From Octopus sinensis (lineage: Eukaryota), in assembly GCF_006345805.1 (NCBI RefSeq), contig NC_043004.1, positions 62,248,001-62,312,000 on the forward strand: a DNA stretch of 64,000 nucleotides, in the 5' to 3' direction. Both the position numbers and the translations under genes were made by a program. Of the stretch, positions 52,331 to 64,000 are shown in pieces (the stretch's first letter is position 1; each line of letters starts with the position of its first letter). The notes below the pieces were generated by a model, which did no database searches, was not told where the DNA came from, and was given only the letters and a program-made list of their open reading frames with translations.

Positions 52331-52984
52331 AATACTCCTTTCGAATTCGAATTCTTCGAGAGTGTTTTATAGTTTTCCTATAATCATGACATTTGGTGCT
52401 ATCAGAACATTTTTAAAGCTTGAAGTTAGGTAACTTTTCATGTAGTTTTTGTGCTATGCTTGTATGAATATATATCTGACTGGTCAATTATATTTCTCCT
52501 TGCCTTTAGGGCGGTAACATTAATGCTTTTTTTTGGGAGGGTGATATTCCGACTGTGAGTGTATGAGTTAGGTTGTGCTTGTGTTTGCAACATAATTGTT
52601 GTTGGTTGTTATGGGGTTGTTGCTGCTGCAGGTGAGTGTTGGTTGCGGTAATTGTCTGTTCATTTTACTTGTACTGATTTTGTAAGTGATGGATAAAAGT
52701 ATATCCATTCACTCAAATACTTTGGCTTTTGTTAGGATGGCGCTGTCTCATTCATGTTGGATATTTTGGAATTCTAATGCTTTCCTTTCCATTTTTACCG
52801 GGTCGAAATGTGTAGATGCATGCCTTCGGTTTCTTGTAGTATTATTTCTCTTGCTCTTTGTCTTGTTGCTTTGATCATATATTTTCTCAGCTTTCACTGT
52901 TGTCAGTCATTTGGTAGCAAATGGAGTAAGAGTTTCTCGTGGTCGTGACTCCCTTTTTTTAATGTTTCTATCACCAAGGCTGTG

Positions 52985-53135
52985 ATTGAGAGAATCATTA
53001 CTACGTCGGGCAAAGTGTTTCGCGCCAATTTGCCGGTCTTTACATTCTGAGTTTAAATTTCGCGGAGGTCGGCTTTACTATGCACCATTTCAGGGTCGAT
53101 AACATAAGTACTAGTCGATTACTCAGATCGATGTC
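52985..53135 (+). mobile_element. SINE family B, degenerate
   Basis: TTCTGAGTTTAAATTTCGCGGAGGTCGGCTTT...GGGTCGATAACATAAGTACTAG matches the reverse complement of 62960-63070. Confidence 0.6.
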
Positions 53136-53239
53136 CAATAATTACCAATTCCCCAGAAACACCTGGCCTTATGTCAGAATTTGAAACCAACATTTTCTTT
53201 GACTTAATGTTCCAGAAAGTTTAGTACACCAATATACTA

Positions 53240-55570
53240 ACTCTTTCTCTTTTACTCTTTTATTTGTTTCAGTCATTTGAGTGCGGCCATGCTGGAGCAC
53301 CGCCTTTAATCGAGCAACTCGACCCCGGCACTTAGGTTAATATAGGGCGTTACGATTATCAGAAAATCAAAAAAAAATGTGTGTAATAGGTGTGAAACAA
53401 CTTCCTATGAACGAATATGAAAAAAAAAATTCGCGCACGCGAAAGGGGGGTGGGGGAGAGGCCTCGGAAAATTCACATCGGGAAGTTCCGAAAGCGTCTG
53501 AGGGGCTGACCCGGGCACCAAAACAAAAAAAAAAATAGTGTAATATGTGTAAAAGAACCTGCTCTAAACGAATATGACAAAAAAAAGGCGCTCTCGCGAA
53601 AGAGGGGTGGGGGAGAGGCCTCGGAAAATTTATATCGGGAATTTCCGAAAGCGTCTGAACCGGGCACAAAAACAAAAACAGCGTAATAGGTGTAAAACAA
53701 TTTGCTCTAAACGACTATCATGAAAAAAATGCGCGCTCGCGAAAGGGGGGTGGGGGAGAGGCTTCGGAAATTTCACATCTTCAGTCCACGGCCTTTAAAC
53801 TAAGAAAAAATAGCGTAATTGGTGTAAAACTACTTGTTCTAAACGAGTATCAAGAACACACACTCACACATGAATCATAAAATCATATTTCACAAAAAAA
53901 AAAAAAAATAAAGAGAAGAAATTCTGGAAAAAGTGAAGAAATGTTGGATCTCCGCCATGTGAATCAATATACGTGTCAGAAACATCTTGAAATACTACAG
54001 AAATTATGTTACGAAAATGATAATGTATATATACCTCTTTGAGTGGTCCATCGATAATGATGATAAAGAAATGAGTTGGATTTGAACTCAGAATATTGAC
54101 TAACACAACTACATACTACAAGACTCAAAATATTCAGCCAAGTCACCACCCTTTAACTAGTAATAATAATAACATCAATAACATAACAGCCAAAAGATTT
54201 ATTTGTTCTGAAAATAACAATCATAGTAAATAAATATGTTCTTTAATATTCACATTCATGTGCACAGTTAAACACACATACAAACAGTCACGCATGCATA
54301 ATACAGAACGGAACACATAAATGAAGGATGCATTACTTAGTATATATTACATCTAGAGAATTTTGATTAATAAGTCAAATATGCAAATTATAAAGATAAT
54401 TAATTGCTTTACTAAACAGTGTTGTAAAGGTGAAAAAATAAATTTGGGAAAAAAATACACGCCAAAACTAATTAATAAAGGATAATTAGGGAAGGATTGA
54501 CACAAAATAATAATTTTTTCTGTCTCTTTTTTTCTGATAAATGCATCTTAATAAGTGAGAAGAATTGCATATATCTGAACTATTTCAAAGAAAAGCATAA
54601 ATTTAATGTTTAAAATAGCTTTAACCAAGGAATGAGATCCAACATTTCTTCACTTTTTCCAGAATTTCTTCTCGTTATTTTATTTTTTTTTTGCGAAATA
54701 TGTACAAAAATACGGAGTTTATGATTCATGTGTGAGTGTGTGTTCTTGATACTCGTTTAGAACAAGTAGTTTTACACCAATTACACTATTTTTTCTTAGT
54801 TTAAAGGCCGTGGACTGAAGATGTGATATTTCCGAAGCCTCTCCCCCACCCCCCTTTCGCGAGCGCGCATTTTTCTCATGATAGTCCTTTAGAGCAAGTT
54901 GTTTTACACCTATTACGCTGTTTTTGTTTTTGTTTTTGTGCCCGGTTCAGACGCTTTCGGAAATTCCCGATATAAATTTTCCGAGGCCTTTCCCCCACCC
55001 CTCTTTCGCGAGAGCGCATTTGTTTTGTCATATTCGTTTAGAGCAAGTTGTTTTACACATATTACACTATTTTTTTTTTGTTTTGGTGCCCGGGTCAGCT
55101 CCTTAGACGCTTTCGGAACTTCCCGATGTGAATTTTCCGAGGCCTCTCCCCCACCCCCCTTTCGCGTGCGCGAATTCTTTTTTTCATATTCGTTCATAGG
55201 AAGTTGTTTTACACCTATTACACACATTTTTTTTTGATTTTCTGATAATCGTAACGCCCTATATTAACCGGCACTTATTCTTTGTAAGCCCAGTACTTAT
55301 TCAATCGGTCTGTTTTGCCGAACCGCTAAGTGACGGGAACATAAACACGCCAGCATCGGTTGTCAAGCAATGCTAGTGGGACAAACACATACACACAAAC
55401 ACACACACATACATATATATATACATATATACGACATGCTTCTTTCAGTTTCCGTCTACCAAATCCACTCACAAAGCTTTGGTCGACCCTATAAGGTGCC
55501 ACGCAGTAGGACTGAACCCGGAACCATGTGTCTGGTAAGGAAGCTACTTACCACACAGCCACTAACGCTG
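53240..55570 (-). mobile_element. SINE family A split by the foldback element (pieces 53240-53334 and 55270-55570)
   Basis: Joining the pieces at the TSD gives a sequence colinear with the reverse complement of 58865-59283. Confidence 0.85.
53335..55269. mobile_element. 1935-bp non-autonomous foldback DNA transposon: ~620-bp TIRs with internal tandem subrepeats, 8-bp TSD
   Basis: Termini GGTTAATATAGGGCG...CGCCCTATATTAACC. TSD GGCACTTA at 53327-53334 and 55270-55277. TIRs 53335-53952 and 54635-55269. AT-rich non-coding core. Confidence 0.92.
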
Positions 55571-57032
55571 CTTTTAAAAAAAATGTAATGTATTCCCATA
55601 TAACAGGGTCAACCATATTGTTCTTTTTTAACTGTATGCGCTTCTGGATATAATTTTTACAAATAACTTTGAAGTGGTCAGGACTTCAATGTTTCGCATA
55701 ACTACCCCATCTAGAAGAGGTTCCATTTTCATTTTGAAATTCAGAAGTAATCTGGTGTTTTTGAAGTCAGTCAACACTCAATTTACCAGCAACACGAGAA
55801 TCTAGCTTTCTCAATACTTGTTAATTGTATTGTCAGGTAATGTTTTCTGAGGATTAATCAATATATTTATTATACATGTATTAAGAATAATATTTCACAT
55901 ATCAAAAATACATGTTTTGATGCCCTTCAGAAATGATTATAATGAAACACCTCAGGTAAGAGACATCGCTAAGGGACACGGCTGACATATCATGAGTTTC
56001 AATTCAGCGTCGCATTATATTCTTGAGCAAGACTTAGCATTGCAAAACACTTTATTAGTGAAGTGTACCCTCTTCAACTTTATTTAGTAATGAAGAAGTA
56101 AATTCTATATATTCTTGTATCCTAAATCTTATCTTTCTGAAACCAACACCACCTCTCCCATTGTTTCTCTCTCATCCTATCTTTCTCTACCGCTCCCTAT
56201 TTATACGTTGATATTTATCTCTGCCTGGTTTCTAAATTCCTATTTGCCTGTATAGAGGAAAACTGATTTGTTTCAAAAGAAACCTTTCTAGCCCTAAACA
56301 ATTATACGATTTCCATGAATAAATAAATCTAAAATTATAATTCAGTAATCCAGCCGGGAGATTAAGTAACGTCGAAATTCGCATATGTAGTTGTTATATT
56401 ATCATTATTTAAAAGAAATAAGTAAATATGAAACAAGAAAAAAGAACAGTCAAACTAAAGTTAATTATACACACAGAAACACACACTGACACACACAAAC
56501 ACCTACGCACAAACTCACACATATGGACACATACACATTCCGACATAAACACATATATATGTGCGCATACAAATTGATATGGAAAAGAATATATGTTTTA
56601 TTCTTTTAAATTTTATCAACGTAGAACGTAAATACATACTTCAAATATATTGAGATCTGTATATTATGTATCACTTTGAAAATTGTTTATATAGTACTGG
56701 CATATATATTTAGCATATTGTTTTATTCGTTGATCTGTTTCACAGTAGTCCAACAATATCTAAAATTTGAGAATATACTAGAAAACAATTTATACTATAT
56801 TTATATATTACTGGATAAAGTTTATTGTATAAACGACGAAAATCAGTTTTCGTTGAAAAATATTAAATTTGTAGGAAAAATATCAAATTTGATTAAATGT
56901 ACTACCAATGCATTGCTTAAAAGTCGTTGAGAAGTAGATGTACTTTGTTATTCGGCCAGAGATATATCATTAGGGGCATTTTCTGTTTGCATGAATACAC
57001 TGCAACATCCTCACACACGCACACACACACAC

Positions 57033-57063
<31 letters not shown>

Positions 57064-57064
57064 A

Positions 57065-57760
57065 TATACTAGGTCAGGCGGATATTGAAGCTGGAGCAAA
57101 ACTTCCCAGTAACTTTTGCGCCATCTGCAAGTAAATGTGCGGTCTAACAGTGTCGTGAGTATAGACAATGCACTTCTAATAAGCAACACTGCAGGTTTTA
57201 ATTTTTCCAAGTGGCCAATGTACACACCCACATTGATGACCCAGATCTTGGGAAAAATTTTGGGAGGGAAATCACCCTTTACAGTCTCACCAATTTGAAA
57301 GCATAACCCGCTCAGAATGGATTGTTGGCTTGGATGTTGATTGTAGTGGTTGGCTGTGCTTCCTCCGTGATTGTTTGAATTTCTCATTGCTATAGTTTCT
57401 CAGCATTATTAAATGGTTCACTTTCGTTACTCTCCTGCAAAGAAACACAAATAGATATATGTTAGAACACCGTCGCCTCATTGAATTGGTGTGGGAATCA
57501 AATATCCAATCTACAGCAGAAAACACTATGATGTAGATTGTTTTTCGACTTTCAGTTTGGCTATTGGTTTTTGAATTTCAGTTTCGTTATTATGGAAATG
57601 CCTAAGGTCTTCGAGGCCGTGCCGTGTAACGAGGATTAGTGTCGCTTTTAATCTCAGGTAAACCACCAGAGTGAGGTGCAACTTGAAACGGAAATTTACC
57701 CGATCAAAACTTTCCAACCACTTCTGGTACACACGTTACGTAACAGCATTTTCTTCGTAC
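57065..57760 (-). pseudogene. Degenerate mariner transposase fragment
   Basis: Frameshifted QKWLESF..VNF, SKPTIHSERVMLSNW*DCKG (KPGLHPKKVML.VWWD.KG-like) and WEVLLQLQYPPDL (WEVL.HPPYSPDL-like). Confidence 0.7.
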
Positions 57761-58864
57761 GCAGCACACAACTTGCTCATGCTTTTCGCTGCTGCCTTGT
57801 CTTTTTTCTTAAAATAAAATGACATGAGCTCTCAGCAACTTCCATATGTTTCTCAATTTTCACGATGATTACAATCGAGCAAATGACCAGCTCTCATGTC
57901 GCAGGTTTGCGTTGAACGACCTCAGAGATTCAAGTATCTAACAAGTACTTATGTGCAAAGGACAAAATGAAGTTACCTATTTATTATAGTGCTTCAAATT
58001 TAGTGTCGGCGAAAACTTAAAGGAATCTTTGGCATACATACATGTATGTATGTATGCATGTATGTATGTATATATGTATGCATATATGTATGTCAGTGTT
58101 CAGTCTCGTTTCAATATTTCTTGTCAATAGATAAAACATCGGTTCCTAACCTAGATCGAAGGCTCCTTCATTGAAATTTCAGCATCAACAACAGATATGT
58201 ATGTATATGTGCAGATTTGTATGTTTTGTATTACGTATGTGTTCGTATGCTTATAGTTACATACCTTAACATGCTCATATATATCTAAATGATACACTTC
58301 TAGAAAGTTTTACTGATTTTTACAATTCCAGAGATGGGTTAAGCCTGTAGTCTTAGAATTAGCTTTGTCCTTTCTGGTTTTCAATCACTGACACTACATA
58401 CCGAAGAACAACCGCAGCTATTGACCACTGCTACCACCACTGCGTCGACCAATAGAAGAAACATTTCAAACTCAAATTTCTGTGGTTTTGTACCAAATAT
58501 CGCCACAACGCAGCCAATTATACCGACACAGATGGACATGGCACGTTGAGTAACTGTTAACATAATTTACTTTAATGTATGGATGAATTAAGTTTAGCTT
58601 TATTGTCCCCAGTCTTAGTAACACCAAGTAGTGATTTAACTCGCTATGTGAACGTGTGTGCACCAAAACCCTACGTGTGCAGATGCGTACCTCTTCGTAG
58701 ATGCTTGTGTGACAGTGTACATGCGCCATCAACTTTACTCGTGAGCGTTTATACATCCATATCCGTTATCGTTTATCTTTAATACATTTCTCGCTGTATT
58801 GTTTGTTCGTTTCTGTTTTTCATATGTTATTTTATTGTCTTATTTTTTATATGAATGAAGATAG

Positions 58865-59283
58865 GCGCAGGAGTGGCTGTGTGGTAAGTAGCTTGCTAAC
58901 CAGCCACATGGTTCCCGGTTTAGTCCCACTGCGTGGCATCTTGGGCAAGTGTCTTCTGCTATAGCCCCGGGCCGACCAATGCCTTGTGAGTGGATTTGGT
59001 AGACGGAGACTGAAAGAAGCCTGTCGTATATATGTATATATATATATGTGTGTGTGTGTATGTGTATGTGTTTGTGTGTCTATGTTTGTCCCCCTAGCAT
59101 TGCTTGACACCGATGCTGGTGTGTTTACATCCCTGTCACTTAGCGGTTCGGCTAAAGAGACCGATAGAATAAGTACTGGGCTTACAAAGAATAAGTCCCG
59201 GGGTCGATTTGCTCGACTAAAGGTGGTGCTCCAGCATGGTCGCAGTCAAATGACTGAAACAAGTAAAAGATTAAAAGAGTAAA
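58865..59283 (+). mobile_element. Full-length tRNA-derived SINE, family A, with internal (TA)/(TG) microsatellite
   Basis: A-box-like TGGCTGTGTGG; B-box-like GGTTCCCGGTTTAGTCC; TTGGGCAAGTGTCTTCT body; tail TGACTGAAACAAGTAAAAGATTAAAAGAG. Confidence 0.85.
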
Positions 59284-59845
59284 TGAGTATACCAACCGTA
59301 AGGGACTGATGCTAGATGTATCGAAACAATTGTGATTAATAAAAATCTTATATACACATATACACATTCCACTTGGTCTAAGCACACATGCCAAACACAC
59401 ACACACAGCCACACCCAACCATTCACTCATCATTCCGATTGCTTCAGGCTCACTATTGACCTTTTTCTCTAAGCACACTCTCACACACTTCCACAACCAC
59501 CCATTCACATACCTGTCACCATAGCTGCTGACCTCTCAGAGTGAGAGTAAGACACAAGCACAGATCCCTCTACACACGCACACAGAATACACACATATAG
59601 GCAAACACAGACAGCAGATAATACCATGCACACTCACACAATTAATAACACACACACAGTTAATAACACACACTGAATACACACACAGTTAATAACACAC
59701 ACTGAACACACACACACACACACACACACGAATTTACTGTCACACACACACATGCTGTCATACATACACACCGTACCGCACACAACCACTCACACCACAT
59801 ATACACACACATACTAAGCAGAAAGCACTATCGCTTTGTCCTTCT

Positions 59846-62800
59846 CATCATCATCATCATTGTTCGACCGTGGTCGAGACAATGGACTTTACCATGCTAC
59901 GCCAGACTTCACGGTCCATCATGGCATTGCGGAGGTCCTGTTGCTGGATGCCTGTATCCCTGGAGATTACATCAGGGTAGGAGAGTGTGCGCCCTCTGGT
60001 AGAAATTACTTCTTTTTCAGCTCTACAACAATGTCCAGCAAACTGGACTCTCCTACCTTTCACAAGAGATGACGCAGGTGGTAGTTTCCCATATATTTGC
60101 ATTTTGGTTGGATGGCGCTTCCACGAGAGATTTTGAGCCCTCATAAGGAGGCGAGTGTAGGTTCCATCCAACCGCCTCTCAAGCTTCTTTGATAACGTCC
60201 AGGTTTCTGAGCCATATAGTAGAATTGATTCGACTGTGGCTTTGAAGATTTCAAGTTTGAAGTCTCTACTTAGATTTGATGACCAGATCTTATGCATGTC
60301 ATTACATGCTGACCAGACAATACACTTTCTAGTTAGAAAGTCTTTTCCAGATGATGATATGTATGACCCAATATATTTATAATCAGAAACCATATTTAAG
60401 GGCGCATTGTTGAGAGTATGGGTGATGCAATGACTGTTGGACAGGCACTTGTTTGTGTATTCAGTTTTGGCCTCATTGAGGTAAGGCCCTACACAATTTG
60501 AGGCTTGTTCAAGAGATTGTAAAAGAGACTGGGCATTGGAGAGAGAATCACTGATAAGAGCGATGTCGTCAGCAAAGTCAGTGTCTGTCAAGTACTCAGC
60601 TGGGTGTCTGGAACTTCTTCTTGGTTTTATTTCAAAGCCCTTGCCAGAGTTGGTATCAACTGACATACGTAGCACATAATCAACAACAATGATGAAAAGA
60701 AATGGGGCGAGTGTGTCTCCCTGCAGTATTCCGGCTTTGATTGAGAAAGATGATGTTTCTCCGTCAGGGGTTAAGATGGTTGAAGACGTATCTGTGTAGG
60801 GGACCTTGATGGCAGAAATGATTTTGTCTGGTATCCCATAGAGCTTAAGGATTTCAAACATCTTGCACCTATCTACAGAATCGAACGCTTTAGAAAAGTC
60901 TACAAATACCATTGCAAGATCGCGATTAAATGCTTTTGATTCTTCAATAAGTCTGCGTAGGCATAGTATCTGGCTCAGCGTTGAGCGCCCATGTCTGAAT
61001 CCATTTTGGTTCTTTCGGAGAAAAGGTTAAACAAAAAGGACAAGACGATTTAGGATCAGTTTGTTGTACAGTTTTGCAGCAATTGACATTAGAGATATAC
61101 CCCTGTAGTTGGTGACGAGGGATAAGTGGCCTTTTTTTGGTATTGGAATGATTTGAGATTGGTGCCAAATTTTGGGAGCGACAAAGATGGAAAGTGTGTG
61201 GTTGCAGAGGTTGAGCAAAAGTGTGTGAAATCTATCATCCTTCCAAATTATAGCTGGGATGTTGTCGGGACCAAATGCTTTCGAGGCTTTTAGTTGCTTG
61301 GTGGCTGCTGTTAGTTCAAATATGGTAAAAGGGGAGGTGTTGATGTCCAGCGTGTCTGAGATAGGCAGAATGGGGTTATCAGGGATTTTGGCATTCTTCC
61401 CAGGGAGGTTTTTAAAATGGGTTGACCAATTTTCTAAACGCTTCTTAGGTGATCCCCCTTTAATTCTAATTGATGACCCAGAATTTTTGCCTGATAGGTC
61501 TTTGATGGATTTCCAGGCGAGATGGTGTTTTTTACTAATGTGCACTTTGGATAGTTTACTAATTTTGCCATTGATAAAGTCGACCTCGGCGTTCAAGTAA
61601 GCCTCATCAAGATTCTTCTTGGCAGCTATGAGTTGGATCATCAGTGACTGGGATGGAGAAAGGTGGTAAGCTAGTGATATAGACTTTAGATGGTTTCTGG
61701 CTTCGATGACATTTGGGGAATTAGAAGGTTTGCTCTGGCCCCTACTCTTCCTTTTGGGAAGAGTAGCCAGTGCAACTTCCTCTGTTGATTTGATGAGGCT
61801 GATGTATACTCCTTCAATGTTCTCAGCATCTATTTCATAAGTAGACAGAGATTGAAATGTGTTATAGACCTCGATAGTAAATTGTTTGGACATATCGGGG
61901 TTAGATAAGACTTCCTCCCAGTGGATCATTTTCATCGGGTGAAGCTTAGCTTTTTTGGATGAGCGAAGACTAACCTTAACGGTAGCTGATACAATTCTGT
62001 GGTCAGAGCCGACAGAACTAAAGGAAGAGTAGGATCTCGAGTCTTTAACACTATTGCGTCATTTCTTTCGAAAGATGAGGTAGTCAATTTGTGCCCTATC
62101 ATCAAGTGAGGACTCAAATGTCCAAAGTTGACCTTTTGGTTTCATAAAAGATTGTTGGAGGTGTAGAGATTAAATTCCTCCCAGAAGTCTTTGAGCATTT
62201 CTCCGTTCCGATTAGTTTTAGAGTTGAAAGTAAACTTGGTCTCATCGGGTCCTAGTCTAGCATTCAGATCACCAGCTATAACTAGAAAATTATGGAGAGG
62301 TACTTGCTCAATAGTTGAACGAAGGGTTGCATAAAAATTCTCAATCTCGTCTGCCACAGACGAATTATGTGGGCTATACACACATACCAATGTTGTTTTC
62401 GGGTTTCCATCTATCTCAAGCACCATAATTCTAGGTGAGATTGACTCTATACTCAAGAGAATATCACTAGCTTTTGATGAAAGTAGAAATCCGATACCTC
62501 CAACTGTTGAATTAACAGTATTCTTTGATGCTGAGGAGGTTACAAGTTGATAAGAACCGACTTGATGGTATTTGAGGATGTTGTCAGGGTGGTAAAATCG
62601 GTGTTCTTGGACAGCTATTATATCAATGCCATGTGATTCTGCATTTGCACCAAGTTCTTCTAGACGGCCAAGAGAGCCGAGGGTGCGAGCATTGAGGGTG
62701 CTGAGTATCGTATGATTTTTACAGCTGATGAGGTGTTTGCTTGGTGTTGTTTGGTTGGGAGCTGACTCTTCACCATCAGGTAATACCCGTCTGTTAAGAT

Positions 62801-63207
62801 TGAGGGCATCACCGTCAATGGATGCCCTTGGAGGTGCAACGGGATCAGAGACAGGACCCGGCAAAGCAGGGGCTGGATCTACATCCGCAGGTATACCTAT
62901 TTCTTTATTACCCACAAGGGGCTAAAGACAGAGAGGACAAACAAGGACAGACATAGGTATTAGGTCGATTACATCGACCCCAGTACGTAACTGGTACTTA
63001 ATTTATCGACCCCGAAAGGATGAAAGGCAAAGTCGACCTCGGCGGAATTTGAACTCAGAACGTTAACGACAGACGAAATACGGCTACGCATTTCGCCCGG
63101 CGTGCTAACGTTTCTGCCAGCTCGCCGCCTATTTCCGCAGGTATACCATTAGGTCTGGTTCCCTGTGGAAGAGGAACCCTGGTGCAGTTAATTGTAAATT
63201 CCATAAA
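59846..63207 (-). mobile_element. Near full-length RTE-clade LINE (single APE-RT ORF, disrupted)
   Basis: APE motifs TLNARTL, AVQEHR, VYSPH, GDLNARLG, QIDY, SDH. RT motifs YRGISL, QNGFR, FVDFSKAFDSV, QGDTLAP, DFADD. Ends VEQ* plus a (TGA)n tail. Candidate 8-bp TSD GTCCTTCT at 59838-59845 and 63208-63215. Frameshift near 62145; stops at 62059 and 61027. Confidence 0.93.
62898..63133 (-). mobile_element. Full-length tRNA-derived SINE, family B, inserted in the RTE element
   Basis: Head AGGCGGCGAGCTGGCAGAAACGTTAGC; B-box GAGTTCAAATTCC; 14-bp TSD TCCGCAGGTATACC at 62884-62897 and 63134-63147. Confidence 0.92.
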
Positions 63208-64000
63208 GTCCTTCTACTTCTGGTCACTTCAAAAATGTAACCATACTGGACTCGTGGCGAATTTTTTCTTACTTCTTTCTTCCCCTTGGACTTTACTGTT
63301 TTTCTTGTTTCCGAAGAAGAAGATCTGTGCTTGAAACCTAAAGCATCTACTATTTTCTTTCTCCTAGCTTCATATTAGTACTTTACTTGTCCTAGGCCTC
63401 GCGTTTGTTTGTTTCTCTTTTTATTTTTCGAATGCTTTTTCCTGTATTTTTATTTCATTATATACATATGTGCATACACATATACATATAGATTTACGCA
63501 TGTAACTACGAATGTATGTATAAGTGAAAATAAGGAGGAAAGAAATTAATTTCATATCTTGCAGAAAATAAATTTCTGTGAATATTTTAAGGTTACGAAA
63601 ATTAACTTTGAATATTATTTAAATTCGCTTCAGAGTTTACAATATAGAATTCTTAGACAAATATGTTACACATTTCATTTTATATTTTAGTCGCTTACTC
63701 TTTGTGCCGGTGTCATTATTAAAATATAAACGCAGTAATTGAGTGAAGATATGTAATTAAATTTTACCTTGAACATTTTGTGTTAACTTTAAATGTATTA
63801 AGATATTCACCACTCTTATTAACAATGCAATTACTGCTGCGAAAAATTTAAATGATAATAAAACTATTCTTAGTAGGAAACACAAAGCTGTAATTGTTAA
63901 TTCAAATTCTAAGACTCGCAATATTCTTTGTAAATGGATCACAATTATCATTTTAAGGGAATCTCGCTGAAGGTTTATTTCTATTCAGATTTCAAGTAAT

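Noticed and set aside
53385-53850. Regularly spaced repeats resembling a CRISPR array
   Set aside because: Eukaryotic context, no unique spacers, and the units are internal subrepeats of a TIR mirrored on the other arm.
56917-57387. 156-aa ORF as a host gene
   Set aside because: It is a frameshifted mariner transposase relic running into a microsatellite.
58380-58550. Open Thr-rich frame (SLTLHTEEQPQLLTTATTT...) as an exon
   Set aside because: No start or splice support and no recognisable homology; flanked by repeat-like sequence.
58865-58940. tRNA gene calls for SINE heads (also 63050-63130 and 46673-46733)
   Set aside because: A/B boxes are present but there is no complete cloverleaf or acceptor stem, and the heads continue into SINE bodies or tails.
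62142-62915. Start of the 257-aa ORF at 62915
   Set aside because: That start codon lies inside the inserted SINE; the element's own frame continues upstream of the insertion.

Overview
AT-rich, microsatellite-dense animal DNA with no recognisable host-gene exon. The SINE families, (TA)n/(TAA)n load and transposon mix look like an octopus/cephalopod genome (inference, not verified by search). Nearly all interpretable content is mobile DNA. It includes about ten fragments of R4/Dong-type RLE non-LTR retrotransposons from at least three families, mostly in (TAA)n arrays, two of them a young tandem pair with an intact CCHC+RLE ORF. There is also a non-coding ~0.5-kb repeat confined to those arrays, a near full-length RTE-clade LINE carrying a nested SINE, and a full-length mariner inserted in the last codons of an internally deleted Helitron. 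A 1.9-kb foldback element sits inside a SINE, alongside Penelope-like (PLE) relics and several tRNA-derived SINEs. The most notable structure is a cluster at 37.0-39.3 kb of PLE-type minimal hammerhead ribozymes, two of which form the arms of a ~325-bp-arm palindrome. Most ORFs in the supplied track are microsatellite translation artefacts. All alignments were done by eye, so boundaries of degenerate elements are approximate.
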